Positions 32,501 through 46,565 of a DNA stretch of 64,000 nt are shown piece by piece (position 1 is the stretch's first letter; each line of letters begins with the position of its first letter). The notes under the pieces are model-generated. The model made no database searches. It had not been told where the DNA came from and saw only the letters and a list, made by a program, of their open reading frames with translations. This DNA is from Euglena gracilis. Taxonomy: Eukaryota. The translations under genes were made by a program, and so were the position numbers. The DNA lies in the NCBI GenBank assembly GCA_039621445.1, contig CP154954.1:30322395-30386394 (forward strand), given 5' to 3'.

Positions 32501-35206
32501 AATTACCACCAAATGTTCCGCAAATACGGTCAACCTCAGCCTCCAAATGCCTAATGTGTTTGCGATAACGGGAAAAATTTTCCAAGTCTGGCAACTTTTC
32601 AGAAACCAAGCGTAGGTCTTGGACAATTTTTCCTTGTGACTCCTCCACATTCCGGAGTTGACCCGCAAGCGCTTTAACGGCATTTGAGACAATTTGAAAC
32701 TAGTGTGGTGTCTTGGTGGGGGTTTCCGTGGTGGTGCGCGAATTTTCCGCGGTTGGCTTTTCCAACAACGCAGAAATCCGTCCATCCAACCGTGAAACCT
32801 CATCTTGCATGGATCGGGCATTCCGATTCACAGATTCCTCAAGTTGAATCAAACTCGTGCAAAATGTTTGCAAGGTTTCCTTGTTGTCACCAAGCATTTT
32901 GTCATAAAAGGTGTGAAATTCCGCTGACTCGGATATCCAAGCGCGCGAAACATTGGGAAGGGAGCACATTTCCGCTAATGTGGTGGACAACAAGGTACAA
33001 CGGGTTTGCAATTCCCCAGTAGCGGCTTGAATACCACTAATGTCGGGAATTCGCTTGGAAAATGCAGAAACATGCTCCTGCAATCCGACAACGGTGGCAT
33101 TAATACCGCCAATTTCCGTTTGCAGTTGTTGTTGCGCGAATTCCAACCGTTGTGCGCAATCCGCGATTTTCGCGTTCAGGGAGGTTATCCATCCTGATTT
33201 GCAGCACAATGGCAAGATATCTGCTCTAGGTGTAAGATTTGTTCCTCCAAAATCTGAGTTTGCGTACGGGGAACAAAATTTTCTTGCACTTTCGCCTGAA
33301 ATTGCTTCAAATGCTCGATTTCCGAACACAGATTCAAAGCGCGTTGCTGGGCTTCTTGGAAAGAAGTGGTGAGTGTGGCAAAACACTCAACCGCGACAAA
33401 GTTACAGAGTTCCGACATTTAGGGGTCGCATTTTGCGCTTGTAACTGTTGCTGCAATTGCAGTAGCATTGTTGAACAAGATTCCACTTTGGCAAAAAGAT
33501 GGCTCATACCATCTTGCACCTGCAGAAACTTGGAATCATTCCGCGTTTCCGCTTCATGCAGTGTTTCACTGATTTGTTGGAAATTTTGTGGAAGTTGGAT
33601 GCGCAAAATACTTTCAAAATGCTGAAGGTCTTTCCCCGCATTTTCAAAATTGTGTTGGCAATATTTGCCGATTTCCTGCAAATAATTCCAGCAATCTTCC
33701 AGTTTGGTGTTGACAACACTTTGATTGTCCTCATCGAACTGCAAAACCTTGTTGAGCATGGTTTCGCGTTCTGCAAGGCATTGGTGGACATGCAAAAATT
33801 GTTTGCTCAGCGGGTGATCCGCTGGGAGTTGACCGAGAATTCGGTAAACGTCACCGGGGGTGAGGTTATCCATCAAGTCATCATCATAGTCCTCCACAAC
33901 GGAAATGCACCAGAGATTTCCGGCACCACCAGACGCATATCTGTATTCCGTGTCAATGCAGGGAAAACCGCAGTTTCCACGGGTAATCCCGGAAATGCGC
34001 GATATGGTGTGGGGGGCGGTAATCGAGGGGGAGGTTGAAAAAACACCGTGTTTCCACCGAGTTGCACTATAAAAGGCCCACCGGGGCTTCCACCGGGGAT
34101 CTTTTGGGTGTGAACAGAGCAAAGGGCACATGCCCCTCACTTTGTTCATGGGTAACATGAGTAAGCAAGTTTAAATGGGGTTCGTCCCCTTCATCCTTGT
34201 GATCCAAGTCTGTTTGGGCAAGGGGTTTATCCCCTCGCCGCATCAAAGATGGGTGCACCGGGATGGAGGAAGGCCTTTTGCAACTTACATCCCGCACAAG
34301 CAATGACAATGATGATGAAGAAGGCTCATCGCCCCCTTGCAACAACAAAGGCGTTTCGCCTTGTGACAATCACAAATGTCTCAATGTGTCTTGGTGTGTT
34401 TGTTGCTTGAGGGGTCGGGAATTGGAACTTGTTTCCATCGAACCGTTCCAATCCCCGCCATCATCTTCAAGGTTGGTCAATGAACTCATCAACAAGTCAT
34501 AGTCAAATTGAGGGTTGGGGGTTGTGCTTTGCATGTTTTGAGAAGGGAACAAAGGCAAAAACCCAAAAACTCACAGAAATAAGCAGTGAAACAGGACCAG
34601 AAAGGTTGTATCGGCGATTACCGAACAGAGCCTCCTGAGACCTGTATCAGTGCTTAAAGGTTGGCTAGAGGCCAGGAACAGTACTTACACCGTGTTACAC
34701 GGCTCAGCACGTTCTTCACCACCAGTCAACCACAGAATTTCTCTGTGCTTCAGTGTGGAATGTCTGTGTAGGAACGTTGCCTAAATCTGCTACCAAGTGT
34801 ATGTCCAAAGACTTCCCTTTGACCCCTTTTGTCCCAGAAAAGCCTTTTTGCCTTTTCCTGGTGGGCACCTCCTTAGGTGAGGAAAAAGCTTTGGAGTAAC
34901 AAAACCCTTTGTCCCAATTCCTCTATCATAAGGCAAAGCACAAATCAACTCGCTGTGTAAGGATTTTCCTTCACAGTCGTGTTCAGTTTGTTCAGAGGAT
35001 TTTCCTTTTACTTCAAATCAGACAAAATGAGAAGAATAGAACACCATCTGTGAGGAAAAATGGTCATGCAGGCACGTGTGATACGTGTCGCTAAATCCCA
35101 TAGGATCTGCCACGATGGTCAGGCTGTGCTCATACACAGCTGTCAGATTGGGACAGATCCAGACTCTGCAGATTTCCTACAGAGCTGGGATCTTGCCTGG
35201 TACACA
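29540..35206 (-). mobile_element. 5' half of an LTR retrotransposon: 5' LTR (34796-35206), PBS, long frameshifted gag
   Basis: PBS TGGTAGCAGA (34786-34795); LTR termini match the 18823 element; capsid-like PQWDGEPTNWRQFFRDWEYY; zinc knuckles CFLCNKSGHMSREC and CSLCGSKDHHSSKC; N-terminus homologous to 21840-22080. Confidence 0.85.
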
Positions 35207-35450
35207 CTTTCTCACATGCCGCCACATATTTATTGAGTTTGGCTTATTCTTCACGTAGCAACATTTTCTTGACAGAGTCTGGTGAGGGGCGGGTTTAAGA
35301 AGGTGGTATTGGGTGCACAATAGTAAGATCAACAGCCAAGGGTGGTCCACCCTGCCAGGTGTGAAAGCGCAAGGCACCAGGTCGGGAGCCATCAGGCAGT
35401 TGGGTTTATTTAGAGGAGGTGTTACCTGCCTCTCGTGCTGTCGCCAGTAA

Positions 35451-38400
35451 TCAGCCTTGGAGTATGGTGTGGCGTTGAGTTAGACCATTGGCCTTGCAGG
35501 TAACTGTGTGGTCTCCGCATGCATCCAAACAGGCTTTACATTGGGCACAAATGCTCCCCACCTCATTGGGGTTGAGCAGTGTGAGCCCAAGCCACCACTG
35601 GAGTGCTAGACTATGGTCAGTATGTTCCATCTGGGTTCCAAGAGCTTGAGAAGGGCGACAATTTAGCCAAGCCCCTGAGTTGGCAATCTGTAAGCTCTTG
35701 TGACACATATCTCGGTGGCTGCCAGTTTGCTTCCATTCCTTGTATCTCTGGGCGTTTATGCAATCTTGCCAACATTGTTGTCGAGTTTCTTGCAGGCTCG
35801 CTCTCTGGATGGGGGAGCGGATCTCATGCCAGTCCTTCAGTGGCTGGACCTCCTGCCCAAGTCGGTGTCGCAGACTTGCAAGGCGAACCTTGAAGTCAGG
35901 CGGCAGAATTTGCAGATTGTCACAAGGAATGGCGAACAGGTAAGTGTTTTTACAGCGCACATAACTCGCAATCTCGCAATACAGGAAACCCTGGCTACCT
36001 CTTGGTAATCCAACGGAGATTTGATTCCATGTCCGGCCAATTTTGTTGGCAAAAAGGTCTGGTGTGCTTCCTCCTCCAGTAGGGAGCGTCCAATAATGTT
36101 TTCCACTGCCTCCAGAAGATCTTGATGGATGTGTCTCAAGGTGTCTTGAACATGTGTGGTGTCAGTGGTTCTTAGGTGCATAATCCGACACACATCCGCA
36201 GATGATCGTAGTAGGCAGTGTTCATATTGTGAGTGCCCGGGTACCCAGATCCTGCACATGAGGGCTCTCATCTCTGAGCGTTTGGCTGTCCAGAAGGTGG
36301 TGACAAAGTCGTGCACATTTGTATCCGGGAAGCAAACAGGAGATCCCAGGACAACAATCCCACTCCCAGGTTGCCAAGGAATACATCTGGTTTGCCAGAG
36401 TTGCAGGTGTTCACGCCCTGGAAGGTGGATTACTGGCCCCCAGGTGCAGCTTTTTGGGGGGTTGAGTTGCAGTCCAGTTTGAGCAAATTCTTCCTTGAGG
36501 GCTACAAAGGCTGCTTCCACTGCTCCTGTGGGCCCAGCAGCACGCCTTCATCAGCATACCAGACGTCGAGACAAATGTCGGGTAACTGTTCGATGACGGG
36601 TGTGATGCCTAGTGCGAAGAGGAAGGTTTCGAATGTACAGCCCTGTTGGACTGCTGTCCGGCATTCGAGGACCGTGTCAGCACCTTTCATGACTAATTCC
36701 AGTGTGTGGTCGTAGAGAGCATGCACCCACAGATTGAGATGTTTGCCACCTTATGCAGTTGTCGGTGTATCGCCTCCCTGCTGAGGGGGTTGAAAGCGTT
36801 GAATAAGTCAAGTTGGGTAAGAACCCAATCACCCTGTGGATGCTCAGCTGCCAATTGCCCGAGTAGTCTTTGGACATGGATGGGAATAAGTTCCATGGTA
36901 TGGGGAACCTTGACCCCCAGTTAGAACGGCCGCATTTTTTGGGACACCATTTTGGTTTCATGAAGGGACATTACACACTTTCGATGAGGCGTCTGAGGGT
37001 CACTCCTGCAGCAATTGGTCTCACTGCACACTCTTCGGCATTTTCCTCACCTAGGTCCCAGACGTTAAAAACGTTATCCTGTTAACACCAACACTGCAAG
37101 GCTTCGATTGCTTGGAGTTCGTCTTCCTCCATCGCTTTGTCTGATGTTGTTTTTTTCTTCATTGGAATCAAACTTGCTGCTCCGAAAAGTTGTACAACAG
37201 TCTGCGGCAGTTTTCCTTCCAAGGCCTGCTGTACAAAGGTGTCCAGCTGATGGAGGAGCTCGGTGGCATTTTTATTACCTGGCAGGATCATTTGTTGAAG
37301 ATGACTGGTCGGAGGCCAGAAGGGCCTGGGGCCGACCCTTTGCGAAAGCTTTTGATTGCATCCATCAGCAGGGTGCGTCGGCCTGCTGAGCCGGGCGGGT
37401 TCGAGAAGAGTGAAATGGACGGGTGCTGATCTGGTAAGGGTACGAGAGGATCATTTGTGTTCTGGGGACGCAATCGTCGGAAAATAGCTTGTACACGGGG
37501 GTCTCCAGAATCAATCACTCCCGTAGAAAGCAATTGCCTAGCCGCAACTGTTAGTGCTCCGTCTTCAATGACCCGAAACACCGACTGCCTGGTCTTGTCT
37601 GTGAGGTGGTTTGTTTTGTTTTGCAGACGTTGCGATTTTCCGTCCATTCTTTTGTCGTCCTTGGCAAGTTTGAACTAGTCAGGTGGGGTCTCCAGAAACG
37701 AAATTGAAGCGGAAATGGTCGCCTTGGTGTTACGTACTTCACGCGTTTTTCCTCCACTGGGTGGCGTGGCAGTACGGCTAGCCCCTATTTCAACAGTCTC
37801 AAAAGGTTGTAGGTGTTTGGTAAGCCATTTAACTGCTCCAACAAATTTGCGAAGGAAGCCGTCACAGCCGGCAGATCTTGGTGCGGAATGAAACGGAGGG
37901 TGCTGTGTTTTGTCATGAATAATTTCAGAATCTGGTGGGTGCAATGCTGGTCAGTGAGGGATGGCTCTTCCAACGGGGCTGCCTGGGGCTGAACGGGATC
38001 AATGACGGCGGGTATCTGGCAAATTGTTGGCGGCGTCCATTGATAGGGATTATCTAAAGGTGGGGCTGACTGACAAGTGAAGGCTTTGCAAGCTGATCCT
38101 GTGGGAACAAGTCGCAGGCAGGTGACACATACCCAGACACCCAGTGACATCGTCCATAATCTGTCAGGGCTTTTCCCTCTAGACACATGGATGCGGTCCA
38201 CATGATGTTTCATTGTCGCTTCTTCTGCCGTCTGAAACAGGGAGGCAGGCGGGAAAAACAGGCAGGCATTCAAGCAATGGTATTTATCCGGCATCAGATC
38301 GGTAGGTGCACTGCTAATTGGAAAGTCCATAGGTAATTGCGCTTGTTTTCCGCCTTCTAGAAGCATTGAAACATCGCCCGGCCCTTGGTTTTCTTCAATG

Positions 38401-38830
38401 TCACCACTGAGGCAAAGAGGTGGGTGTTTTGAACGTCGGCAACTGGGAAGGATGCTGGATCGAGGGGATAGGGGTCCTTCGCACATGGTCATCCGAGGAA
38501 CAGGCCCTGGCTCGAGTTTAACGTCGCCACAAAATGTGACACCTTGGTGTGTGGGCCGCACGGCTATCACAGGGTTGTCTCGGGGTATGCCACCTCGTTG
38601 ACAGTTTTGCCGTCTTTGCGCCGTCCGTCGTGCCCTCCGGATGTGACGGTCAGTTGGCCTCTCTGGTCTTGTTGGACGTAACAAGGCCATGATGTCCATG
38701 ATATCAACGCTATGTACGTCCATCGGGGAGGGGTAGGAAGAGGAGGGATCCATTGGAGATACTATGGGGAAAGTGCCTCTCGGCCGGAGAATGTTTGGCA
38801 GTGTCATCAGGTGGATGGGACATCCCACAC
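35451..38830 (-). mobile_element. Decayed CRE-like (RLE-clade) non-LTR retrotransposon
   Basis: SAPGPSGLRP, RPIAAG..LRRL, LDLFNAFN, VQQG, WYADEG, GLQLNPPKS, GAWL, CAQC..DHTVTC..RH; N-terminal Zn finger and 2A-like GDIEENQGP. Confidence 0.88.
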
Positions 38831-41800
38831 AAGAGCCTTAAGCAGGAAGCCTTATAGAGGAGCTAAAGAAGCATTGGCAAAGACTGCAGACAATGCCAGA
38901 AAGGAAGGAAGCAAGAAGTTGTCAGAGAACACGACGGCTTCATAGAATGGCCACAAAATATGTGTTGACCTCCCTGAAAGATAGAGGGTTGGATCAAGGA
39001 TCAAGGAATGCAGCAAGAAGTGCACTACATTATCTGCTGTATTATGTTCCACAAGATGGAATCAAGGATCAAGAATCAAAAATCGAGGACACCGGCCGGA
39101 CAAAGACTCTCTCTCGCCCTCGCACCACGCATGTATTTCACTGTAAAAATCTCACCCACCATGGACATCGGCAGATCACGAGGTGTCTGTGTGATTTAGT
39201 CCTGCAAAGCATGACAACAAATGCGGTAAGTCAACAAGCCTTGAGCGTCCCCATTTTTTGTGCAGCACTGTGGAGGGGTTTTGTTATTTGGTTAGCAGCT
39301 AAGTATTTGGAAGATGCTGGTTAGGGATGGCCCCTCATTAGGAATGAAACCAAATGGACCTGGCGCTCCTTACTCCAGAAGAAGAGCAGAGGAAGAATTG
39401 GAACAAAGAAGAAGAGCAGAGAAGAAGAGAACCTGAGCTCTTCAGAAGCCTGAGAGCTTTTCTCAGCACAGGCCAGTGTACAGAAGCCCCCCCCCTTCCA
39501 ACACCACTATACAACCCTGGCCTGCCAGCACCCTGAATTCAAGAGGTGGTACTGGCATCACCATCAGTCCTCCCCTGTGCTTTTATGCCTGCACCTTTCC
39601 CTTTTGAATCACAAATTCCCCACCAAAGACGAGAAAATTCAGTAAAAACCCCCACCCAATAACACAAGTGGATCAGGAGTCCCAGCCAGAGGCAAATACA
39701 ACTGAAAAGAAGTCACAAAATCAATGCTTCCCCCCCAAAGGAGGAGGATCATGAACCCCAGCCAGAGACAGCCCAAAAAAAGATCAGCACCAGCCCCCCA
39801 ATATCACCCCCCACTACAACAGGGGGGAGCAAGGCCCACCATTTCGAAACTTTAAAATTGCAACAAAGCCCACCATGTTTGATGGCACACAGGGGGCAAA
39901 ACTGGGCAAAGTGACCCTGCAGGAAGAACCTTCCCCCTGTCATTGGGAAGACCCCCAACAGACAACATATTTGCTAGTCGCCCCAACCAACACCCTCCTG
40001 GAAGGGGTCCCAGCTTAGGGAAGAATTTTTATGGAGAAGGCAATTGAGACAGGAAGCGGGAGGCACGTTATTTCATGAGTGGGTCGCAAAAAAAATTGGC
40101 AAACATTCAAGAAAAATCGGCTGACGTTGGCAGAACAGTGAACATTCGACAGTCAAAAAAACCGATGCACACTGACATGAAGCTCACGATGCAACCGGCA
40201 GCACCAGGTGTTGTGCAAGTTGGCGGAGGGGCTTCCTGTTCGGGCTCCGCGCTTTGCCATTGTGAGGCCATGCCTTGTCCTCGCACTCCTCCGCGGCAAA
40301 CCGGCAGGGGAGGAAGGGACACCGAGGGCGAGGCAAAAAGACCTTGTGAGGCAATGCCTTGCTTGCCGGCGGTGCTGTTTGGACTGTTTGGGTGCGTTGG
40401 GTTAGGAGGTCCTGCTTAGTGTCTTTTTGCCGGAGTTAGCTGACGATGCTGCTCCGACTTGGCGACGTGGCTTCTTGCCCCTCGGGGGTCCCCCCCCTTC
40501 CCCCCCCCTGGCCCCCACTCTCTGACCGAGGGCTTTTGAAGACAAAATTTCTTTTACGGGTGGGGGGGTCGGGCTCACATGGTCTTTGTGCTTCGCGCTC
40601 GGTGTCTCTTCCTCTCTTGTCGGTCTTCTTCGAGGGAGTACGAGACACCTCGGGCTCCGCACTTTGCCCTAGTGAAGCCAGATCGTGCACTGAAATCCGG
40701 GGGGCCAGGGCATTTTCTAAGGCACCTTGGGCACCAAGTCTTTGGTAATGGGCTGTTAAAGCCTCCATCCGCCTCTACCGGCCAGTTTCACACACTTCTT
40801 TGGCTGAAGCCCAATTTTTTAGTAAACCAAGCGCACCCTTCTTGGCGATACTGCCCAAGGAAATGGCTCGTGGATGACATGCCAATGCTGTTGCAGTTTG
40901 CATGTGAGGTTGGAATGGTTGATCGTCTTTCTCCGTCTGTATGCACAACCAGTAACACTGATGACTCGGCTGATTCCTTGTCAAACTATTTCTCTTGTGT
41001 TACCAGAAGGATTTCCCACACAGAAAAAACAGATACGAACATGCACCAATGCGTCACCTGCTTATATGGGGGAAAGCACCCTGAAAATGCATTTTTGTAA
41101 ACGGGACGAGGAGATCCGCTTGTAACAATGGGTGATGTGGAAACCAATCCAGGTCCGCCGACGCCAATTAGTGGACCGTGTGGTGAAATCATGGACCTGT
41201 TGGACCAACTTGTTGCCATGTTCATGGCAGATTTCTTTCGCCGCAAGGTCATGCCACTGCGGAAGGGCCACGATGGTTCCCCTCGCAAAATGCTTACAAA
41301 GGCAACATACTGGCTGAAATGCACTTTGTGTGTAGTCGAAACCATCACCGCCTGAGCAGGTTGGTGCCTGTACCATAGGGAAGCCTGGCCTGTTTTTTTA
41401 GCCAGTGTATTTCCATCACCGGAATCACCAGAAGTGCACCCAGCGACGGACCGAGGAGATGCCGTAGAACAATCCCTGGACAAGTTTTCAGGAGGACATC
41501 AACCAACGGGAAGGGGGGAACGAATCACCACTTATGGTGATGTCCACACACAACCAGTGCCCATCTACTTTCGTCTTGCGGCCATGAAACGACCGACAAT
41601 CCCCATTCCAGAGGACTTCAAGAGAATTTTATCCACACAGACCACTGGCGAGCTTGCAGGAGGTGGATGCAGAACTTTCAAACACGGCGAGACACCTTCC
41701 TTCTTGATGCCCTGTTTGAAGAAACCGCAGTTTTGGAACTCACTGATGTTGGGAAGTTTTGAGAGCTGTTTTGTTTGTGCTATTAGGGTTGTGGCCACGT

Positions 41801-42249
41801 CGACCACCACATCATGACTACCCATCGAGTGTGAATGCCATTCTGTGGTTATTGACCTGTTTGTGGTCAGAAGTGTGCAGCATCGGTGAGGACTTTCACT
41901 TCTACTTACCCCCGTGCTTGGGTTGTCCGGGGAGGTGAACATGCAATGTCGGCCCTCTGTGTGAGGCAATCATTTGGGACTTAGAATGTATGCTTTCTTT
42001 GGTTTTGGTATATGTATTCTAGCCTCGCTGGCTCATTGGGTCTCCCCAAAAGCTCTTGCGTAATTGTTTTAATTTGTGGTCTTGCTTTTGCATGTCATGT
42101 AATTGTTTGAAATTGTGGCTTTGCATTTGCATGTCGAATTATTCCAGACTTTTGTTTAATCCAGATTGTACGGTTGGTGTGCCATGGCCGGGGATTGCAT
42201 GTCTTCGCACCCCAGGCACTGAGCCCATGAAAGTTGTCGTCCCACCTCT

Positions 42250-43580
42250 CGGACCAACACCAAGCTCAGTCCATGCCAGCATTCTGCTTCACGGGTTCTT
42301 CTTTCCCATGGCTCCTTCTGCCCCAGGATAGCTCTGATGCATGTGCACAAGAACATTCTCCCTTCGTCTCCAATTCGTCAAAACAATCAAGAATCAGAGG
42401 CGCAAACGACCACCCAATCCCGTTGTAGGAGTCTTTGTACTTGGTGACTTTTTGTCATTCCTGTTTCTCATGCCAGCGTTCCCAACTTTGTTCTGTCACC
42501 GGGTGGGAGGGTGATAACATATGTCGCACTGACACATCCACTGCCGCAGGTCCAGTTGCATCAAACCTTGTGATGAAAACATCACCAAGCCGTCTCCTAT
42601 GTCCAACGTCCTCTTCACGCCGTGCGGTGTACCCTGCTGCCTGTGCCAGCTGTAGGATGAAATGTTGATTTCCTGCACGTCGCCGCGTCAAGTTGTTTTT
42701 TGCACAACATACCAGGTGATTCCCCTGATCATCCATCACAGCATTGCACTATGGAGGCTAGGCACAGCGGGGGGGGGGGGGGGGGTGGGGGGGGGCGAGC
42801 GGCCGCGCGCGGGGGGGGAGGGGGGGGGAGGGGGGGGGTCCGAGGGCCGCCGCGCGGGCGGAACGCATCCTAAAATCGGGGATTTTCGGGTGCAAAAAGT
42901 GGTCATTTTTGGCCGTTTTTGGGCCATTTTTGACCAAAAAAGTGCTTTTTTGGCCGCGCGCAGAGCGCGCGGCCCCCAAATTTGCCATTTTGTGTCCGAA
43001 AATGGTCATTTTTGGTCATTTTTGGGCCTCAAAAAATCGCGATTTTTTCACCAAAATTTTTTTTCCTGGCTATGCTAGGCACAGGGGGGGAGGGGGGGGG
43101 GCGTGCGGGCGGGGGAAGGGGCGCACAACGGGGGGGTGGAGAGAGGACGCGAGGGGGGTCCAGGGGGGGGGGCGAGCGGCCGCGCGGGCGGCCGCGCAGG
43201 GGCCGCGCGGGGGGGGGGAGGGGGGGGGGTCCCGGACCCCCCCGAGCGGCGCGCCTAGCCTCCTATGGGCATTTGACCTCCAGACCTTCATGAGGGGCCA
43301 CCACAAACAGTCCCAGCGTCCATTGCAGTACCGCCCGGAATTCTCCCGGTGGCATCAGAGTATTCTTTGCTGCGCATGGATTTGCCGCCACTCACGCCAA
43401 TGCATCAGGTTCTGTTGGGTCAAAATGCGCACCTTGTTTGCCCCTGTGGAATGTGTTACCAAATCGGCCCCTCGCTTCTCGGAACTTGTCATTCCAGAAT
43501 TTCTGCAAATTTTCCATCTTTCCCAGAAGCAATCTTGCATTATCAGGGTTGTCAAATGTGTTTCTCCTGTGATCTAATAA
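42250..43580 (-). mobile_element. 3' fragment of a CRE-like element (CCHC + RLE), split by a MITE
   Basis: GNHLVCC..NLTRR, GDVFITRFDATGPAAVDVSVRH; homologous to 61960-62230. Confidence 0.85.
42753..43263. mobile_element. PIF/Harbinger-like MITE
   Basis: TIR GGAGGCTAGGC / GCCTAGCCTCC; 3-bp TSD TAT. Confidence 0.85.
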
Positions 43581-43796
43581 CGGTGGTGGGGCGAACCGAG
43601 TCCACCAACCAGTGGCACAGCCCACTGGATCTGATGTGTTCGTGGGAGTAAGGCTATATACAGAGGAAAAAATCTGTGCGAGGCGCGTGGAATGCGAGAG
43701 GAGTTAAGATGGGTGAGCATCTAAATATAAAGCTAAGTATGAATCACGCGTTTTAACTTAGCGAAATAGGATTGGCCTTTCCTATTTTTTGAAGTT

Positions 43797-45049
43797 TGAG
43801 TGTCTATTTGTTTTCGCAGAATACATGGCGGACAATTGAAAGCTCCTGGTGGGGTCAAATACACAAATCAAGAGTTCAATTGGCATCGCAAGTTACTTAC
43901 AAGTCCCGCTGCTGCAGTTAGAAGGAGTCCTGAAGTCCTGCTGGTGCAGGCAGAGGAAGTCCTGCTGGTGCAGGCAGAAGTTGGTACTGGAGCTACGTTG
44001 TACTGCTGTTGCTCGAAATGCTGTCTTCAGTGGCGTACTGCGCTTCCCAGCCCTGCTGGTACCTTTTGGGCCTGCAAAGGCCCCCATTTGGGCCTGCAAA
44101 GGTCCCTCCATCTGGGCCTGCAAAGGCCCCTCGTTATGGGCCTGCAAAGGCCACCCCTTTGGGCCTGCAAAGGCCTCCCATCTGCCAACCAGTAAGTGCT
44201 ACTTTCAGCTCCAGTGTCTTCTCTTCTGTTTTCTGCATTGCATTCCAAACTTCTGATCAATTGCAGTGGCAAACCCTTAGTTTTCAGGCACATGTTACAC
44301 CAAAAGCTGTGGCACATTTTGCAGCAGTTTTAACTTGACATCCAAAAACATTTTGTCAACATTTTGTCCCCAACCTATCAGTGACACCGTTTTGCCCAGT
44401 GGCCTGTAAAGGCCCCGGGCCTGCAAAGGCCCCCCTGACACCATTTTGGTCCAGTGGCCTGCAAAGGCCCTGCGCCTGAAAAGGACGCCCTGTGACACCA
44501 TTTCGTCCTGTTGCACCATTTTGTCCCAGTGGCCTCCAAAAACCATGGGCCTGCAAATGCTCCCCTTGAAACCATTTTGTATTAGTTGCCTGAAGAGTCT
44601 CCGAGCCTGAAAAGGCCCCGAAAACCTCAAACCACGCCTATCCACATTCTGGCCTGCAACAGTGGCCCCCCAGCCAGCCAGCACATCCACATTTTGGCTG
44701 GCAACTGTGACCCCCCAGCCAGCCAGCATAGCCACAGTTTGGCCTGCAACAGTGGCCCCCCAGCCAGCCATTTCTGCCAGATTCTTGTGGCCTGCAACCG
44801 AGGCAACCCAGCGAAATGAACTTAACAACCCCCAGGTTCCCTCTCTGCTAATCGGAAAAGACCACCCAACGTCGGCCAAACAACGAAAAGTGCTTGTGCA
44901 TTGCACACCTGCAAAAGAAAGCACACAGCCTAGCCGGTCAGCATCAGGGGGAGCAGGCCAAGGTCGGTCCTTGCTGGCCTGCGGGGACATTGAAAGTATC
45001 CCCGGGCCTGCTACAGACCCACCATTGGTTTCGGGTGAGGATATTGACA
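43797..45049 (+). mobile_element. 5' region of a CRE-like element (homologous to 56855-58935)
   Basis: Shared start GAGTGTCTATTT..ATACATGGCGGACAATTGAAAGCTCC, GGCCTGCAAAGGCC repeats, NELNNPQVPS..KVLV peptide, then 2A-like GDIESIPGP. Confidence 0.75.
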
Positions 45050-45052
45050 CTA

Positions 45053-45164
45053 CACAAAAATCGTCCATGTCACCCGGACACACCGTGTGTCCGGGTTATG
45101 GGCGCCGAAGGCGCCCATAACCCGGGTACACGGTGTGTCCGGGTTACAATGGACGATTTTTGTC
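45053..45164. repeat. ~110-bp near-perfect palindrome (TA-flanked MITE)
   Basis: Arms centred on GGCGCC-GAA-GGCGCC. Confidence 0.88.
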
Positions 45165-45166
45165 TA

Positions 45167-46039
45167 TATCCGTTGACTAAGAGGCCCAAGACACACACTG
45201 TGTCTCGTGGAACTTAGCCACGCAATGTCTACCCCGTATTTTTTTGCGATTTTTTGTCAAATTTTCAGTTCACGATGACACACACTGTGTCTCGTGGACT
45301 GCCAGTCCACGAGACACAGTGTGTGTCCTCGTGAACTGAAAAAATCAAGAATTCCCACTGGTCCGACCAACAAGGGACAAGTTTTACCACATTCCGCTAC
45401 CTGTCCTTGCAGTTTTTTCTTTCGGAAAATGAAGAAGACCGCAAACAGTGTGGACCGCATGCTCCCCCGACCCCCGAAACCAGATGAATTTGTTGCTACA
45501 CTGGAAAAGTATTTGGTCGATTTGCAGAAGGGCCCTGCTGTTGACCCAATACACGGTACGTTGTTGGCCAACGTGTTGGAAGAGAAGCCAAAAGGGACCG
45601 CAATTGCTGAGCGTGTAGCTGTTACACGCCTGTTGGAGTTCCAGCAGGTGTGTAAACATCTGAACGCTCAGTATGAGGACCTGGATGGCTTTTTTTCCGC
45701 ATGGGCTGGTTGGGTCATTGACCCCAGATATTTGTTTGATGAGGCTACCCTCATCAATCAAGCTGAGCAACAACGCCGGGGCACAGTGTGGCACCACATT
45801 CAGTTTCGAGACATACCTGTACCATCTCAGCTGTTACAGCTCACGGTTGTCCGGTGACCATCTTTCCACTGCCCTGCTGCATTGCATTAGATGTAGAACA
45901 CCTCGCATTTCTGGCAAACACCTTTTATTTTTCAGTCCACGAGACACAGTGTGTGTCCCAGTCCACGGGGACACACACTGTGTCTCGTGGACTCAGTCCA
46001 CGAGACACAGTGTGTGTCTTGGGCCTCAGTCCACGGATA
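45167..46039. mobile_element. TA-flanked TIR element with subterminal repeats and an internal ORF
   Basis: TATCCGTTGACT..GGCCCAAGACACACACTGTGTCTCGTGGA inverted at 45997-46039; internal ORF 45294-45857. Confidence 0.75.
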
Positions 46040-46565
46040 TAGCCGTGCGGTCATCAAAAAAGAGGACATTTTTCAGGGGTTTTTTTACAGACATTCATCC
46101 TTGTCAGTCAGAAATTCAGGGGGTTTTTGACGGTGTTTTTGTCATCGGGATTGCTTCGAGGCCATCAGAGCATTTTTCTGCCTGTGGCTCCGTTGTTCCG
46201 CCCTTTTCACCCGCTGTTGATGGTGGTGCTCGGTGCCTGGTGTCTGGTATATCAGCACTTCTGCCCATATGAACTAGCACCCGGGTCAAAAAGGTTAACG
46301 TTTCTGTTAACAACGGGACCTATTGCGTACCTTTTTTCTTCGGAAAAGTAAAATTTGACAGCATACAAAATAAGACAACGATCTTTTTTTGAGTGTGTAA
46401 AGAGGGGCGTGGAGGGGCGTGTTGAGAAAACGTGCGGTGCCACCACTGGCTGTGACACCAAACTGGTCACCACCTGTGCCAGCCCCTCCCCCTGGCACCA
46501 AACTGCCACCACACCTGTGCCATCCCCCCAGTGGCACCAAACTGGTCACCACCTGTGCCAGCCTC

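Noticed and set aside
43720-43792. Hammerhead ribozyme (GCTAAG/CTTAGC-GAAA-TAGGA/TCCTA)
   Set aside because: The CTGANGA core is absent
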